From NCBI GenBank assembly GCA_002269645.1, contig NIVC01000038.1:930001-994000 (forward strand): 64,000 nucleotides of DNA, in the 5' to 3' direction. The position numbers were made by a program, and so were the translations under genes. Numbering within the stretch: position 1 is the stretch's first letter; the number at the start of each line of letters is the position of its first letter. The notes below the pieces were generated by a model. That model did not search any database. It was not told where the DNA came from and worked only from the letters and a program-made list of their open reading frames with translations. Below, one piece after another: positions 11,205-23,335 of the stretch. The stretch comes from Macrostomum lignano. Its lineage: Eukaryota.

Positions 11205-11875
11205 TGAAAGTTGCTTAAGGAACATGTTAACAGTAAGCATTTTTGTACGAGTAGCTATATAATGAATATCTAATTCGAAAAAAAAATCGTGACCTTACTT
11301 TGAGATGCTGGTCTTATCGTCAAACATTCAGTCTTCTGTTTCTGTTTCTGTCTCATGAACCGTTCGGCAAACTTTTGCCTTATCACAACCGTCTGCAAGA
11401 TGTATCAGCGTGTCTACCAACAATTTTCAGCCGCTTTTCCTGAGCTCTTATGATAGTCAAAATCTGATAACCAACTGGAACTGTTCCTTCAACTGCTGCT
11501 GCATTTTCTGCAACGTCAAAAGGGTTCGTCTCAATTGCAATAAAAAGTAGCAGTAAACCACACATCTTTTCTTTTACATTCAGCAACCTTGCAATGTCCT
11601 TTGGGTGCTCACCTCTGCCGAGTGCTTCGATCACAAGCCAATGGTATTCGTTCAAAAGCCTAGCATATGGTCTACTTTTCTTGGGCTCCTCCGCGGCAGT
11701 TGCAAAAATAAGCTACATGGACCAAATTGATGCTTGCTGGACCAAATTAGATGCCGCTGTGCCAGCCTTGCTACCATAGACAAAAGCTCTGTTACACTGG
11801 CAAAAATATCTTGCATTGAATTCAATGCGCGTAAACCTAAATGGACTGCATAAAGCTATACTGGTGAAATCGTTA

Positions 11876-12400
11876 AGATGTCAAGGCTAATGGGGAATTG
11901 CTTGGATGTCAAGGCTTATGGGGAGTTGCTGGGATGTCAAGGCTTATGGGGAATTGCTTGGATGTCAAGGCTTATGGGGAATTTCTATGATGTCAAGGCT
12001 TATGGGGAATTGCTTGGATGTCAAGGCTTATGGGGAATTTCTATGATGTCAAGGCTTATGGGGAATTGCTGGGATGTCAAGGCTTATGGGGAATTTCTAT
12101 GATGTCAAGGCTTATGGGGAATTGCTTGGATGTCAAGGCTTATGGGGAATTTCTATGATGTCAAGGCTTATGGGGAATTGCTGGGATGTCAAGGCTTATG
12201 GGGAGTTGCTGGGATGTCAAGGCTTATGGGGAATTGCTTGGATGTCAAGGCTTATGGGGAATTTCTATGATGTCAAGGCTTATGGGGAATTGCTGGGATG
12301 TCCAGGCTTATGGGGAATGGCTGGGATGTCAAGGCTTATATGGGGAATTTCTATGATGTCAAGGCTTATGGGGAATTGTTGAGATGTCAAGGCTTACTGG
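11876..12400. repeat. 28-29 bp minisatellite (gatgtcaaggcttatggggaattgctgg)
   Basis: Tandem copies. Related units recur at 15460-16460. Confidence 0.95.
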
Positions 12401-13390
12401 AAGCATGGGTGTATTCTTTAATCTAAATATACTAAATCTCTAAGGTTTGTTTGTATGAATGTCCATAACGCTCTAGAGATCGCAATTCTCGTCCTCTCCT
12501 CTTAATACTAAAACTGGTGCGATGATTGTGTGTGTGTTGCGATTTTTCTCCTAGACAACTGGCAAGTCAGCGTCGAAACTTATATGGGAAAACAGAAAAT
12601 TTTCCGGATCAGGCTTTAGGCTATTTTAATTTTTAATTTTCACATTTTAACATCCCTAAAAAAGCAGAAAACTGCTTTTTTAACCCCCAATAACCTTCTT
12701 TGGCCACTCTGCCTGGGGCTGCAGCCAGTTTGTAAAAATAGCCACCCCAACCTCCGCCCGCGGGCCGCTGTGTATTGAGGGGTGGTGGGTGCGCGTGTTC
12801 TGGGTTCAATGCAAATAAAACCCCCCGCGTGTTGGGGGGTTGAGTTAAATTTAATGCTTCCCCCAGAACGGGGGTTGGGCTTGGGCTGAGTGTACATAGC
12901 AGTTGTACAGTGTAAATAGATAGACTGTGTCGAGATTCATTTGGTTTTATTATTGGCAGCCCTGTGTATGTTTGGCAGTGAAATTCAATGAATAAACTTG
13001 CGAGCTTCTCTAGCAAGCAGTCGGGAAATCGGTAAATTTCAAACGCTAACTGTTCCTCGAGTTTTAAACTTTGAGAGGAGAGACTTATATTGCTGGAAAG
13101 ATCTTGCAGCGCTGAGTTCGGGGATATAAGTTGTATGCTTTAAATATGAAAAGAAAAAGCACCGCATTTAAAAAACTATTTCCATACTTTTAACTTTCTG
13201 CAAAAATTGTAATCAGTTTTGCGAGACGTAATAGATAAAGTTGGGGGGAGGGTTCAACTTCTCACTGCTGCTGTGTATTGGAGGGTTGATTTAGATTGAC
13301 TGACTGACTGTGAAATCAGTTGCGCAATGAATTGATTCAATTAGTTCAATATTTTTATCAGTGCCTTTTAACACGAACCTGTGCGTAGTT

Positions 13391-13420
13391 CTAACCCTAA
13401 CCCTAACCCTAACCCTAACC
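13391..13420. repeat. Interstitial telomeric repeat (CCCTAA)n, about 5 copies
   Basis: ctaaccctaaccctaaccctaaccctaacc. Confidence 0.9.
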
Positions 13421-13499
13421 AATGAATCCGGAGAGTTGAGTTGTTTGACGGAAAAAATTCGATTGAGTCCAGTTTAGCGGAGACGATTTCAATGTTTTA

Positions 13500-14780
13500 A
13501 TTTTGACGAAAAGGATTTCTGTTTCGTGGAGAGGATTTCGATGGTGTTCAGTTTCGTGGAAAGGATTTCGATGATGTTCAGTTTCACGGAGAGGATTTCG
13601 ATGATGTTCAGCTTCACGGAGAGGATTTCTGTTTCGCGGAGATAATTTATGATTGATTTCTGTTTTATGGAGACCATTTTGATGGATTTAAGTTTCAAGG
13701 AGAGGATTTCGAAGGAGTCCAGTTTCACGGAGAGGATTTCGATGGTTTTCAGTTGCACGGACAGGATTTTTCTGCTTCGCGGAGAGGATCTTGATGGATT
13801 TGGCATCTTCAATCAGTCAGAGAAGAGAGTAAAGAGAAGAATGAAAAGAGAAGAGAGATGAGATGATAGAAAACAGAGTAGAAATGAATGGAGAGATTAG
13901 ACATGACAGATGGGAGAGAAGAGGGGAGTAAGGCGGGAACGAAGGAAGAGAAAAGAGAAGAGGAGAGAGGAGATGAAGGGAGAGGATATGAGAGAGGAGA
14001 TATGAGATAGCAGAGAGGAGACAGGAGAGAAAAGAAAGGAGGGATAAGAGAGGAAAAGAGAGGAAAGAGAGAAGAGAGGTGAGAGGTGAGAGGAGAGAGA
14101 TGAAAGATCAGAGATCAGAGATTCAAGAGAAGAAAGTAGTGAGGAGAAAGAAGAGGGTAAAGATGAGAGTGCAGAGAGGAGAGAAACGAGAGGAGACAGG
14201 TGATAGAAAAGAGTGTAAAAAAACAGGATATAAGAAAGGAGAGGGTGAGAGTGAGAGCATATAGGAAAGTGTAAAAGGGGAGAGAGAATAGATAAGTGAG
14301 TAGAGAAGAGATATGAGAGAGGAGAGAGGAGAGATTAGAGAAGAGATGAGGGGAGATAAGAGGAGAGAAGAGGGAATGGAGAGGAGAAAAAAGAGAGGAG
14401 AGGAGACAGGTGATGCAGTAGAAAGGGAAGAAAGATGTTAGATAAGAAAGGAGAGGGTGAGAGCGTATAAGAGATACGAGTAATGAAAGCAGAGAGAAGA
14501 GAGAAAAGGGAAGAGAGAAAGTAGAGCGGAGACGATAGATAAGTGAGTAGAGATGAGATATGAGAGGGGAGAGATAAGAGAGAAGATATGAGAGTAGACA
14601 GGAGAGGGTACAGACGAAAGGCGAGGGAGAAGAGATAAATAAGGGAGTAGAGATGAGATATGAGAGAGAAGAGATAAGCGAGAAGAGTAGGAATAGAGGA
14701 GAGAGAGAAGCGAGAGAAGGGAGAGAGGAGGGAGAAGAGATATGAAAGATCAGAGATGAGAGAGATGAAAGTGTAGAGAT
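13500..14780. repeat. Degenerate ~33-bp repeat (gaggatttcgatgatgttcagtttcacgga) followed by a ~1 kb purine-rich low-complexity tract
   Basis: Directly visible. Confidence 0.85.
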
Positions 14781-15159
14781 GAGTAATTAGTAAGGAGAAA
14801 GAAGAGAGTAAAAATAAAAATCAGAGCGCAGGGCGCAAGATATGAGAGATGGGAGTTGATAGATTGTAGAGGATTTGGAGATGATTTGGAAGATGGGATT
14901 CAATTCATTAAATTTCAGCTGATAGGAGTTCTTCCCCTTCAGAATTCCGGTGATGGGAGTTCTTCCCCTTTCTCCTCCAGAGGAGGAGTTGGCCTCGTAT
15001 ATACTAAAAATGAAAATCTTGCTTGTTTGTTTGTTTGTACGCAATCGATTAGAGAAAAAATGGCTGGACCGATTTTCATGAGACTTGCACTGTTCGATCA
15101 GAAATTTTCCCGTGACGGTACATGCATCTTGGCTAAGAAATTGCTCCATGTAAATGTAA

Positions 15160-16960
15160 ACAAGCATAGAAGCGTCATGTAAAAATCATAAAAGCGTCAT
15201 TTAAAAAATCATAGTTGCGTCATGTAAAAATCATAGAAGCGTCATGCAAACAATAATAGAAGCGTCATGGTAAAATCATAGAAGCGTCATGCAAACAATC
15301 ATAGAAGCCTCATATAAAAACTAATGAAAGTGTCATTTAAAAAATTAAGAAGAATAATGGAAGAATAAAAGAAGCGTCATGTAAAAATCAAAAGAAGCGC
15401 CATGTCAGACATGAAAGGTGTCATATAAAAATTAAATGAAGCTATAGTACAGTGCTGTGCTGGGGAGAATTACTGAGACGTCAAGGCTCACAGAGAATAA
15501 CTGAGATTACAGGTGGGGGGGGGGGGTTTCTGAGATGTCAAAGCAAAAGTCAGAAGCTACTTCAAAGTTCATGTACTTTACTCAATTTTTATTACATTCA
15601 TTGTTGGCTCGCCACAGGGGGGGGGGGGCGCTGATAGAAGCAGAGTCATGTAAAAAATAAAAGTAGCACTATGTATACATATAAGAAAAGTCATGTCGAA
15701 GTTAAAAGATTCATTTGGGAATTGCTACAATGTCAAAGCTTGGAGGGAATCGTTACAGTGCTGTGATTCTTAAAGAAGGAATCACTAAAATTTCAAGGCT
15801 TAGGGGAGAAGAATTGCTGAGATTTCAAGGCTTTAGGTTGGATTAAAGTTAGGTTTAGGTCAGGTGTGGGTTGAGGGTTATATTTTATCGGGTTTCAAGG
15901 TTAACAGGGGATTTTTTTAGATTTCAAGATTTATGGGGGGCATCGCTGACATGTCAAGGCTTACGGGGGGAATAGCTGAGATGTCAAGGCTCACGGGGGT
16001 ATAAATGAGATTTCAAGGCTAAAGTCAGAAGCTACATGTAGTTTAATGAAAACTTTTTATTACATTTTTTGTTGGCTCCTCAGGGCTCACTGATAGAAAA
16101 AGCATAATGTAAAAAATAAAAGAAGCTTCATGTCGAATTTAAGAGATTCATTTGGGAATCCCTACGATGTCGAGGCTTGCAGGGAATCGCTATAACGCTG
16201 TAGTAGTGCTATAATGACTCAGAATTACTGAAATTTCAATGCTTTAGGGTTAGGTTAGGGTTAGGGTTAGGGTTAGGCTAGGGTTAGGGCTAGGGTTAGG
16301 GTTAGGCTAGGGTTAGGGTTAGGGTTAGGCTAGGGTTAGGGTTAGAAGGTTGACAGATTTTTTTAGACTTCAAGGCTTATTTGGGGCATCGCTGAGATGT
16401 CAAGGGGGGGAGTTGATTTGTTAAAGCTTGTGGGGGGAATTACTGACATTTCAAGGCTTACAAGGGACTTCTGAGGTATATTGCAAAGAGATGCTACATG
16501 TAGTTTATTACAAAACTTGTACTGTATTTTTGGCTCCCTAACGCTAAGATACTAAGCTAAAAAATAATACTAGCTCTTCACAAACTTATGCAGATGTCAG
16601 GCTGTAGGGTTAGTGTTAGGGTTGGTATTAGGGTTTAGGTTTAGGGTTAGGTTCAGGGTTATTGCGTTAAGATTCGGGTTAGGGTTAGGGTTAGGGTAGC
16701 TTATAACTTGGCTCATTTAGCTTATTAAAAATGTTTATCATGGAAGCATCATGCAAAAATAATGGAAGCGTCATGCAAAAACAATGGAAGCGTCATGCCA
16801 AAAATCATAGAAGCATCGATCATGCAAAAACTCATGGACAAAATATTGAATTTAGGGTTTTGGTTAGGGTTAGAATTTTGACAGGAGATTTTTTAAGATT
16901 TCAAGGCTACATGTAGCTTATTAAAAATACGTGTATTGCATTTCTTTGGCTCCCCAACGG
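15160..16960. repeat. Composite higher-order satellite with embedded (TTAGGG/TTAGGC)n tracts (16244-16345, 16606-16700)
   Basis: The block gctacatgtag...ttggctc recurs near 15555, 16030, 16495 and 16905. agaagcgtcatg units occur at 15160-15420 and 16720-16830. Confidence 0.8.
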
Positions 16961-17379
16961 GGGGCGTAGATTGCTAGTATTAGCTATATTTTCATTTTCC
17001 TTTTTGCACTCCCCGAACGGGCTGGATTTCTAGTATTTACTAAACTTCAGCCGCAAAAAGTGTATACATCGTTACATTCTGTCTTGGCCTTGAAATTTGG
17101 AAGAAGCATTTTTGAGTTTGAATTGAACTCAAAATTGTTCAAAATGGAAGATCAATTGGTGCACTAAAAATTTTAACTGTTAAAACAAATGATGCTTTAG
17201 TAAAATCCAGTGAAACTGAGTTTGTGTATTTTAATTGGCGACGGAGACAGCAACAGACTGGCTCGCAGCTGAAGGTACAACAAAGGTCAAACAAATTACG
17301 CACTTGTTTAAATGAAACATCTGGACCCCACATACAGGAGACCCAAAAGAGCGGAGCGCTGCAATAGCCTCAAGTAAAT

Positions 17380-18990
17380 TACAGAGATTTATCACGCTGT
17401 GACAGTACATTACAGAGATTTATCACGCTGTGACAGTACATTACAGAGATTTATCACGCTGTGACAGTACATTACAGAGATTTATCACGCTGTGACAGTA
17501 CATTACAGAAGTTTATCATGCTGTTACAGTACATTACAGAAGTTTATCATGCTGTTACAAGTACATTACAGAAGTTTATCATGCTGTTACAGTACATTAC
17601 AGAAGTTTATCGTGCTGTTACAAGTACATTACAGAAGTTTATCATGCTGTTACAGTACATTACAAAAGTTTATCATGCTGTTACAAGTACATTACAGAAG
17701 TTTATCATGCTGTTACAGTACATTACAGAAGTTTATCATGCTGTTACAGTACATTACAGAAGTTTATCATGCTGTTACAGTACATTACAGAAGTTTATCA
17801 TGCTGTTACAGTACATTACAGAAGTTTATCATGCTGTTACAAGTACATTACAGAAGTTTATCATGCTGTTACAGTACATTACAGAAGTTTATCGTGCTGT
17901 TACAAGTACATTACAGAAGTTTATCATGCTGTTACAGTACATTACAGAAGTTTATCATGCTGGAACAGTACATTACAGAAGTTTATCATGCTGGAACAGT
18001 ACATTACAGAAGTTTATCATGCTGTTACAAGTACATTACAGAAGTTTATCATGCTGTTACAGTACATTACAGAAGTTTATCATGCTGTTACAGTACATTA
18101 CAGAGATTTATCACGCTGTGACAGTACATTACAGAAGTTTATCATGCTGTTACAGTACATTACAGAAGTTTATCATGCTGTTACAGTACATTACAGAAGT
18201 TTATCATGCTGTTACAGTACATTACAGAAGTTTATCATGCTGGAACAGTACATTACAGAAGTTTATCATGCTGTTACAAGTACATTACAGAAGTTTATCA
18301 TGCTGTTACAGTACATTACAGAAGTTTATCATGCTGTTACAGTACATTACAGAGATTTATCACGCTGTGACAGTACATTACAGAAGTTTATCATGCTGTT
18401 ACAGTACATTACAGAAGTTTATCATGCTGTTACAGTACATTACAGAAGTTTATCATGCTGTTAAAGTACATTACAGAAGTTTATCATGCTGTTACAGTAC
18501 ATTACAGAAGTTTATCATGCTGTTACAGTACATTACAGAAGTTTATCATGCTGTTACAGTACATTACAGAAGTTTATCATGCTGTTAAAGTACATTACAG
18601 AAGTTTATCATGCTGTTACAGTACATTACAGAAGTTTATCATGCCTTGACAGTACATTTCAGAAGTTTATCATGCCTTGACAGTACATTTCAGAAGTTTA
18701 TCACGCTGTTACAGTACATTATCATGCTGTTACAGTAAATTACAGGGATTTATCATGCTGTTACAGTAAATTACAGAGATTTATCATGCCGTGACAATAA
18801 ATTACAGAGTTTTATCATGCCGTGACAGTGAATTACAGAGATTTATCATGCTGGGAGAATACAATACAGAAATCTATCATGCTGTTACAGTAAATTACAG
18901 AAAATTATCATGCTGTGACAATACATTACAGAAATTTATCATGCTGTTACAATACATTACAGAAATTTATCATGCTGGGACAGTACATTA
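17380..18990. repeat. 29-30 bp minisatellite (acagtacattacagaagtttatcatgctgtt)
   Basis: More than 50 tandem copies, which explain the ORFs at 17461-18994. Confidence 0.97.
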
Positions 18991-19236
18991 CTGAGATCTA
19001 TCATGTCAAGCGTGAAGTATTGCTATAGAAACAGTCAACAGAGGGTTACCAATTGCTCACAGGCTGAGCAGCAAAGATGCGATGCTCCTGCAATTCCCTA
19101 CTAATATACGCTGCTGAAATAAAATCAAGGATGAGCTTCAAACATTGAGCTCAGAGAGCCATTTGCAATGAATTGAAACTGAAGCCAGTGACCGATCCAA
19201 ACCGCTATGCAGAGAGCTGCCGATTCGAACTCAGGA

Positions 19237-21571
19237 CTATTCTTCAGTGTCCGAGTCGTCATCATTTCTCCTGCACTTCTGCACCAGAATATAGATGAAC
19301 TCAAGCAGCTCAAATGTGCTCACGACGCTGATGCCGAGCCAGAGTCCCAGAGTTCCTCCAATCTGCGGGATATGGAGAAAGCATGCAGTACTCAAATTTT
19401 TGAGCAGATGTCAAAACAGCTGCTGCCCTGTTGCTAGGGAAGAAACTGGGCAGAAGCTCAGTGCGGCCAAAGGAACCGTAGCGGGATGTCAGTGCGGGAT
19501 GTCTGAAATGCGGGAATATTGCAACCGGATGCAGCTCTCACCTCTGACAGGGCCTCAGTCCAGTGGTACTTGTACTTCTCTTCGTAAGCATCCGCCGCAG
19601 GACTCTGCAAGCTGATGCTGACTGCTGCCAGCTCTTTGGCCAGTTCGCTACGAGAAACGCAAGACGTTGCAGATTCAATAATTTTTTTTTTATAATCTTT
19701 ACCCAAGAGTCGGTCAATAAAATTAAATTTTCTTAAAAAATTGAAACGGCAATAGTCGCTCCCACGGGCTAGCAAATACAGCTGAATTTCCTGCCTGGTT
19801 TTGGTGCTGTTCCTAAATATGTGATGCTCTTTGCCATCCTCGGGCAGGAACTCGACTCCATGTCTGACTTGCGGCACCATCAGGTTCTCCCAGATCTCTT
19901 GAATGGCGCTGAACGGGGGCCACCTGCGGCTCTGCTGCCAAGGCCGTTGCTGAGTGAACTGGCACCACATCCGGTGCTGGAACTCCTTCGCCAGCTCCTC
20001 GCTTTGCCTCTGTGCGTGCTCAAACCAGTGATCATGGCAGTCAATTCTCTTGAGCACAGCATCCGATGGGGTGATCCACTCCTGTGGTGGAGCGAAGTAG
20101 CAAAGGTCGCTCGTATTTACCGAGAACGGGAGCAGGTGCGAATAGCAGCCGCAGTTGCTGTGCAGGATGCTCTGCTGTGCCTCGACTACGAAATCGGAGA
20201 CGGACTTTGAGTAGGCCTTGGTGACCACGTTCAGCGAGGCGTTGGAGAAGTGCCTGACATAGTTGATGGTTTCGATTGGAGGCTCGGAGCATCTGCGGCT
20301 CGGCTTCGACATGAGTCGGTTGTGGACCGGCCTGAGTTTGATGGAGGTGCTGGTGGCTGAGGCCACGTCCACGAACTCGGTCTCTGCGGTTTTGCATGGG
20401 TTTGGCATGGGTTGTGAGACTGGTTTGGCATGGGTTGTGCGTGGGCTATGAGACTGGTTTGCCATGGGCTGTGAGACTGGTTTGCCATGGGTTGTGCATG
20501 GGTTGTGAGACTGGTTTGGCATGGGTTGTGAGACTTTCGTGGAATGAAGCAGTTTCAACTAAAACATTAAAACTTATTAAAGGTTTATCTAAATATAAGA
20601 AAAAAGATTACTATATTGACACTAAATTAAGCAACTAATTTATTAAGTTTTGGGCTACTTTTTGCTGCAAAAAACTAATTCGCGGGTAGCGAAGCAAAAT
20701 TACGCACCGCTCATCGGGAAGCTTTTCTCCTCGTGAATGAAGATGCGCAATCCAGCGGACTGCGGCTCGTTGCTCTGCAGCAACCGGTTGACGGCTTTGC
20801 TGCGTAAGAACTTGCGAGTGATGCAGCCGTCGGGCAGTGCTCCATTTGGGTAAATTTCATACAAGTCGGGATACTTCTCGTTGCTATCGGTGAAGAGCAC
20901 CATGTCCAGCTCGGCTCCCCTGCCCCAGGACCGCTGGACGACTGCCGTGGGTCCGGGTGGAACGTGTAGCAGTTCCAGAACCGGCTGGTCTGGACAAGCG
21001 AGAAGTTCTTGTGACTGCACGGCTCGCTGTTGTAGCGGCAGCTCAGCAGCATGGTCTCGTCGAGCTGGGAGATGTTTCTGGTGTCGCCCGATACCCACAT
21101 CACGTCCAGGACCTTCTTGCACACCTTCTCAAGTCGGTTATCATAGCTTTCATCCGATTCTTGCGGGCGCTTCTGGGTGTCCTCCTTGAACCAGTTGTCG
21201 AAGTTGCCCCAGAAGATTTCAAAGTAGTCAAACACCTCAAACTTAAACTCATTCTTAGAGTGGAATTCAAGGAAATTTATAATAGACAGCAGAGATGCAG
21301 AAGCGGGCTTGAAGTTGCAAATTGTGACGTCGGGAAACTGGGCTCGTTCGCTCCTCAGCTTCAGCTGCGACTCAACGGAGCGCTCGGTGAATTTCTGCAC
21401 CAACTTGGCCAAGTGGACGCTGCAGCCGATCAGGGCAGCTACGAACAGAAGCAGCCAGAAGAGCCGTCGAGCTGAGCCTCTGGACAGGAAGATGTGCAGC
21501 AAGCCGTGGGTTCTCGTGATGCCAGCCACCTCCTGGGCGGCACCGGTCACCGTGCGGAGTCGGGCTCGCAT
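19237..21571 (-). CDS. DEG/ENaC-family cation channel; exons 21571-20708 (one frameshift near 20917-20926), 20383-19542, 19362-19237
   Basis: It has the N-terminal THG motif, TM1 (RLFWLLLFVAALIG), FPDVTICN, SCRYNSEPC, CYTF, GLRIFIHE, CGC, RRWP and TM2 LSE/IGGTLGLWLGISVVSTFELLEF. Splice phases are consistent. One added base gives about 610 aa. Confidence 0.9.
20395..20535. repeat. Short minisatellite (gttgtgagactggtttggcatgg) in ENaC intron 1
   Basis: Tandem copies are visible. Confidence 0.85.
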
Positions 21572-22248
21572 TTTCCTCTTCAGCTAATTGTAACTTCAGC
21601 TTGTAGATTTCTCAAAGCAGTTGCTAACGAGTTTTTTGCTAGTGCCCAGAGAATACCGAGCGCTCAAGCCGAGTACTCTTTCGCCCGGCAGTCCTGTTGC
21701 AACAGTGCGAGCTGCGTCCGATCGCTGCCCGAGACTAAATCCCTCCCGCGACTTTCGTACTTTGCTACATTGGCAAGCTCAGAACGCAGATCAAACACAT
21801 TGCAAAAACACAGAACCATTTTTTATAATCTGTGGCTTTACACCCAGGGAATACGCAGCTTAAATTGTTACTATGGTTTATTTACCATACTAACAACGCT
21901 TCAGTCAAAGATTGATTGTTTAACGATGATTGAAAATTTTGCCATAGACAATTTATTTTATATGTATTGTACTCTAAACGTTCAATGCATGAAAAACATT
22001 GGGAATAGAAAATCATAGAAAAGCTACGCATTTTAACACATGCGCTAACATATACATGGATGAACAAAACAAAAAGCATAGATGAACTAAATACGCATTT
22101 TAACACAAACTGTGCGTTAACAAATTTAGCGTGGAAAAACGTAAAATACGCATTTTTACACACATTTAAACAAATTAAGAGCACAGAAAAAACATAGAAG
22201 ACATTTTAAAATGTGTGTAGTGAAGCATTAAAAGCAATTAGCTAGTTG

Positions 22249-22708
22249 TTATGACACATCAGCTTTACCATGTTGGAACATCCGTTCTCGCGTAGTTTTA
22301 GGAAGCGAATAGATTTCAATGCGATCCAGGTCGCCAACCGTCAGAGGAGCGTCATCTGATATATCCGGTAGGGGTGTATCCAGAACCGAACAGTCATCCA
22401 TCGTGGGATCTTCTAAGAAACGGATGAACTCCGCTAGATCAGCGTCGCCAGCGTGGTCGGTTGCACTCAGCAGAGAAAGGAAATCCATTTCGCTTGAAGA
22501 CTCTCCGTTAAGAGAATCAGTAGGCAGATTTTTTCCAATTTATTAGATGCATTTTAGTGGTTGATGTTAAAGCAAGCAAGCTTATATCAAGCCGCAGTCC
22601 CCTGCATTTCTCTACTCTATACTCACTCGATAGTCTATGGTACAGTTGGAATCGCTCCATAGCGCTTCCTATGGCAGTGTCGATGTCGTTGTCGATGTCT
22701 ATGGCCAA
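22249..22708 (-). mobile_element. Possible Crypton-like (DUF3504-type) transposon 5' fragment
   Basis: An acidic N-terminus followed by DLDRIEIYSLPKTTRE resembles the segment preceding DUF3504 tyrosine-recombinase domains (from memory). It is flanked by 42-bp direct repeats. No catalytic domain is present. Confidence 0.3.
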
Positions 22709-23059
22709 AACCTGCGCAGTCTAGGACGTTTCTGATTCGCTGAGACATTGTTAAACAATCGGCGTTAAACGACGCTTCAGCGTTAAACAATGCTTCTAGT
22801 CGAGTATGCTAAACGATAGTGACAATAAGTCTATACATACGGTACTATCGTTAAACAATAAGCAAAGATCACGAGTGGCGTATTTTGCTTATTGTTTACC
22901 TCTAGTACCGTATGTATAATCTCCCATTGTTACTTATGGTTTATCATACTAACAACGCTTCAGTCAAAGATTGATTGTTTAACGATTGTCTCACTCATAT
23001 TGAATATTGTCGACAATTATGTCCAAAGCCACTAACTCGTCCCTTCGCCAGTCCGGGCA

Positions 23060-23335
23060 ATTTAATCATCAGAAACCATTAGACAACTCTCTAATCATAG
23101 TCTCGGTCGAAGATGCTTCTGAAGCTGTTCAGTCCAAGGACTGGGGGGTCGCCACACACACCCTCAATTACCCCAGTTAAACGCTGGTACCCATTTTACA
23201 GCTGGGTAAACTGAAGCAATGCAGAGTTAAGTGTCTTGCTCAAGGACACAAATTGTTCCAGGGGGGATCCGGAATCGAACCCCCGATCTTCCAGTCGTGA
23301 GTCCAACGCTCTGACCGCTGCAGGGCTGCAATCCC
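23060..23335 (-). mobile_element. tRNA-derived CORE-SINE (MIR-like)
   Basis: The minus-strand head has an A-box-like gcagcggtcagagcg and a B-box ggttcgattcc. The plus strand cccattttacagctgggtaaactgaagcaatgcagagttaagtgtcttgctcaaggacaca matches the antisense MIR/CORE domain. Confidence 0.75.

Noticed and set aside
17380-18990. CRISPR-like appearance of regular ~30-bp repeats (also 39340-40010 and 62852-63265)
   Set aside because: The units are head-to-tail with no unique spacers, there are no cas genes, and the context is eukaryotic. These are minisatellites.
19207-19615. Plus-strand ORFs overlapping the end of the ENaC gene
   Set aside because: They are antisense shadows of the TM2 exon and intron.
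23255-23335. tRNA gene
   Set aside because: A/B boxes are present but run directly into a CORE domain, and no full cloverleaf is evident. It is a SINE head.
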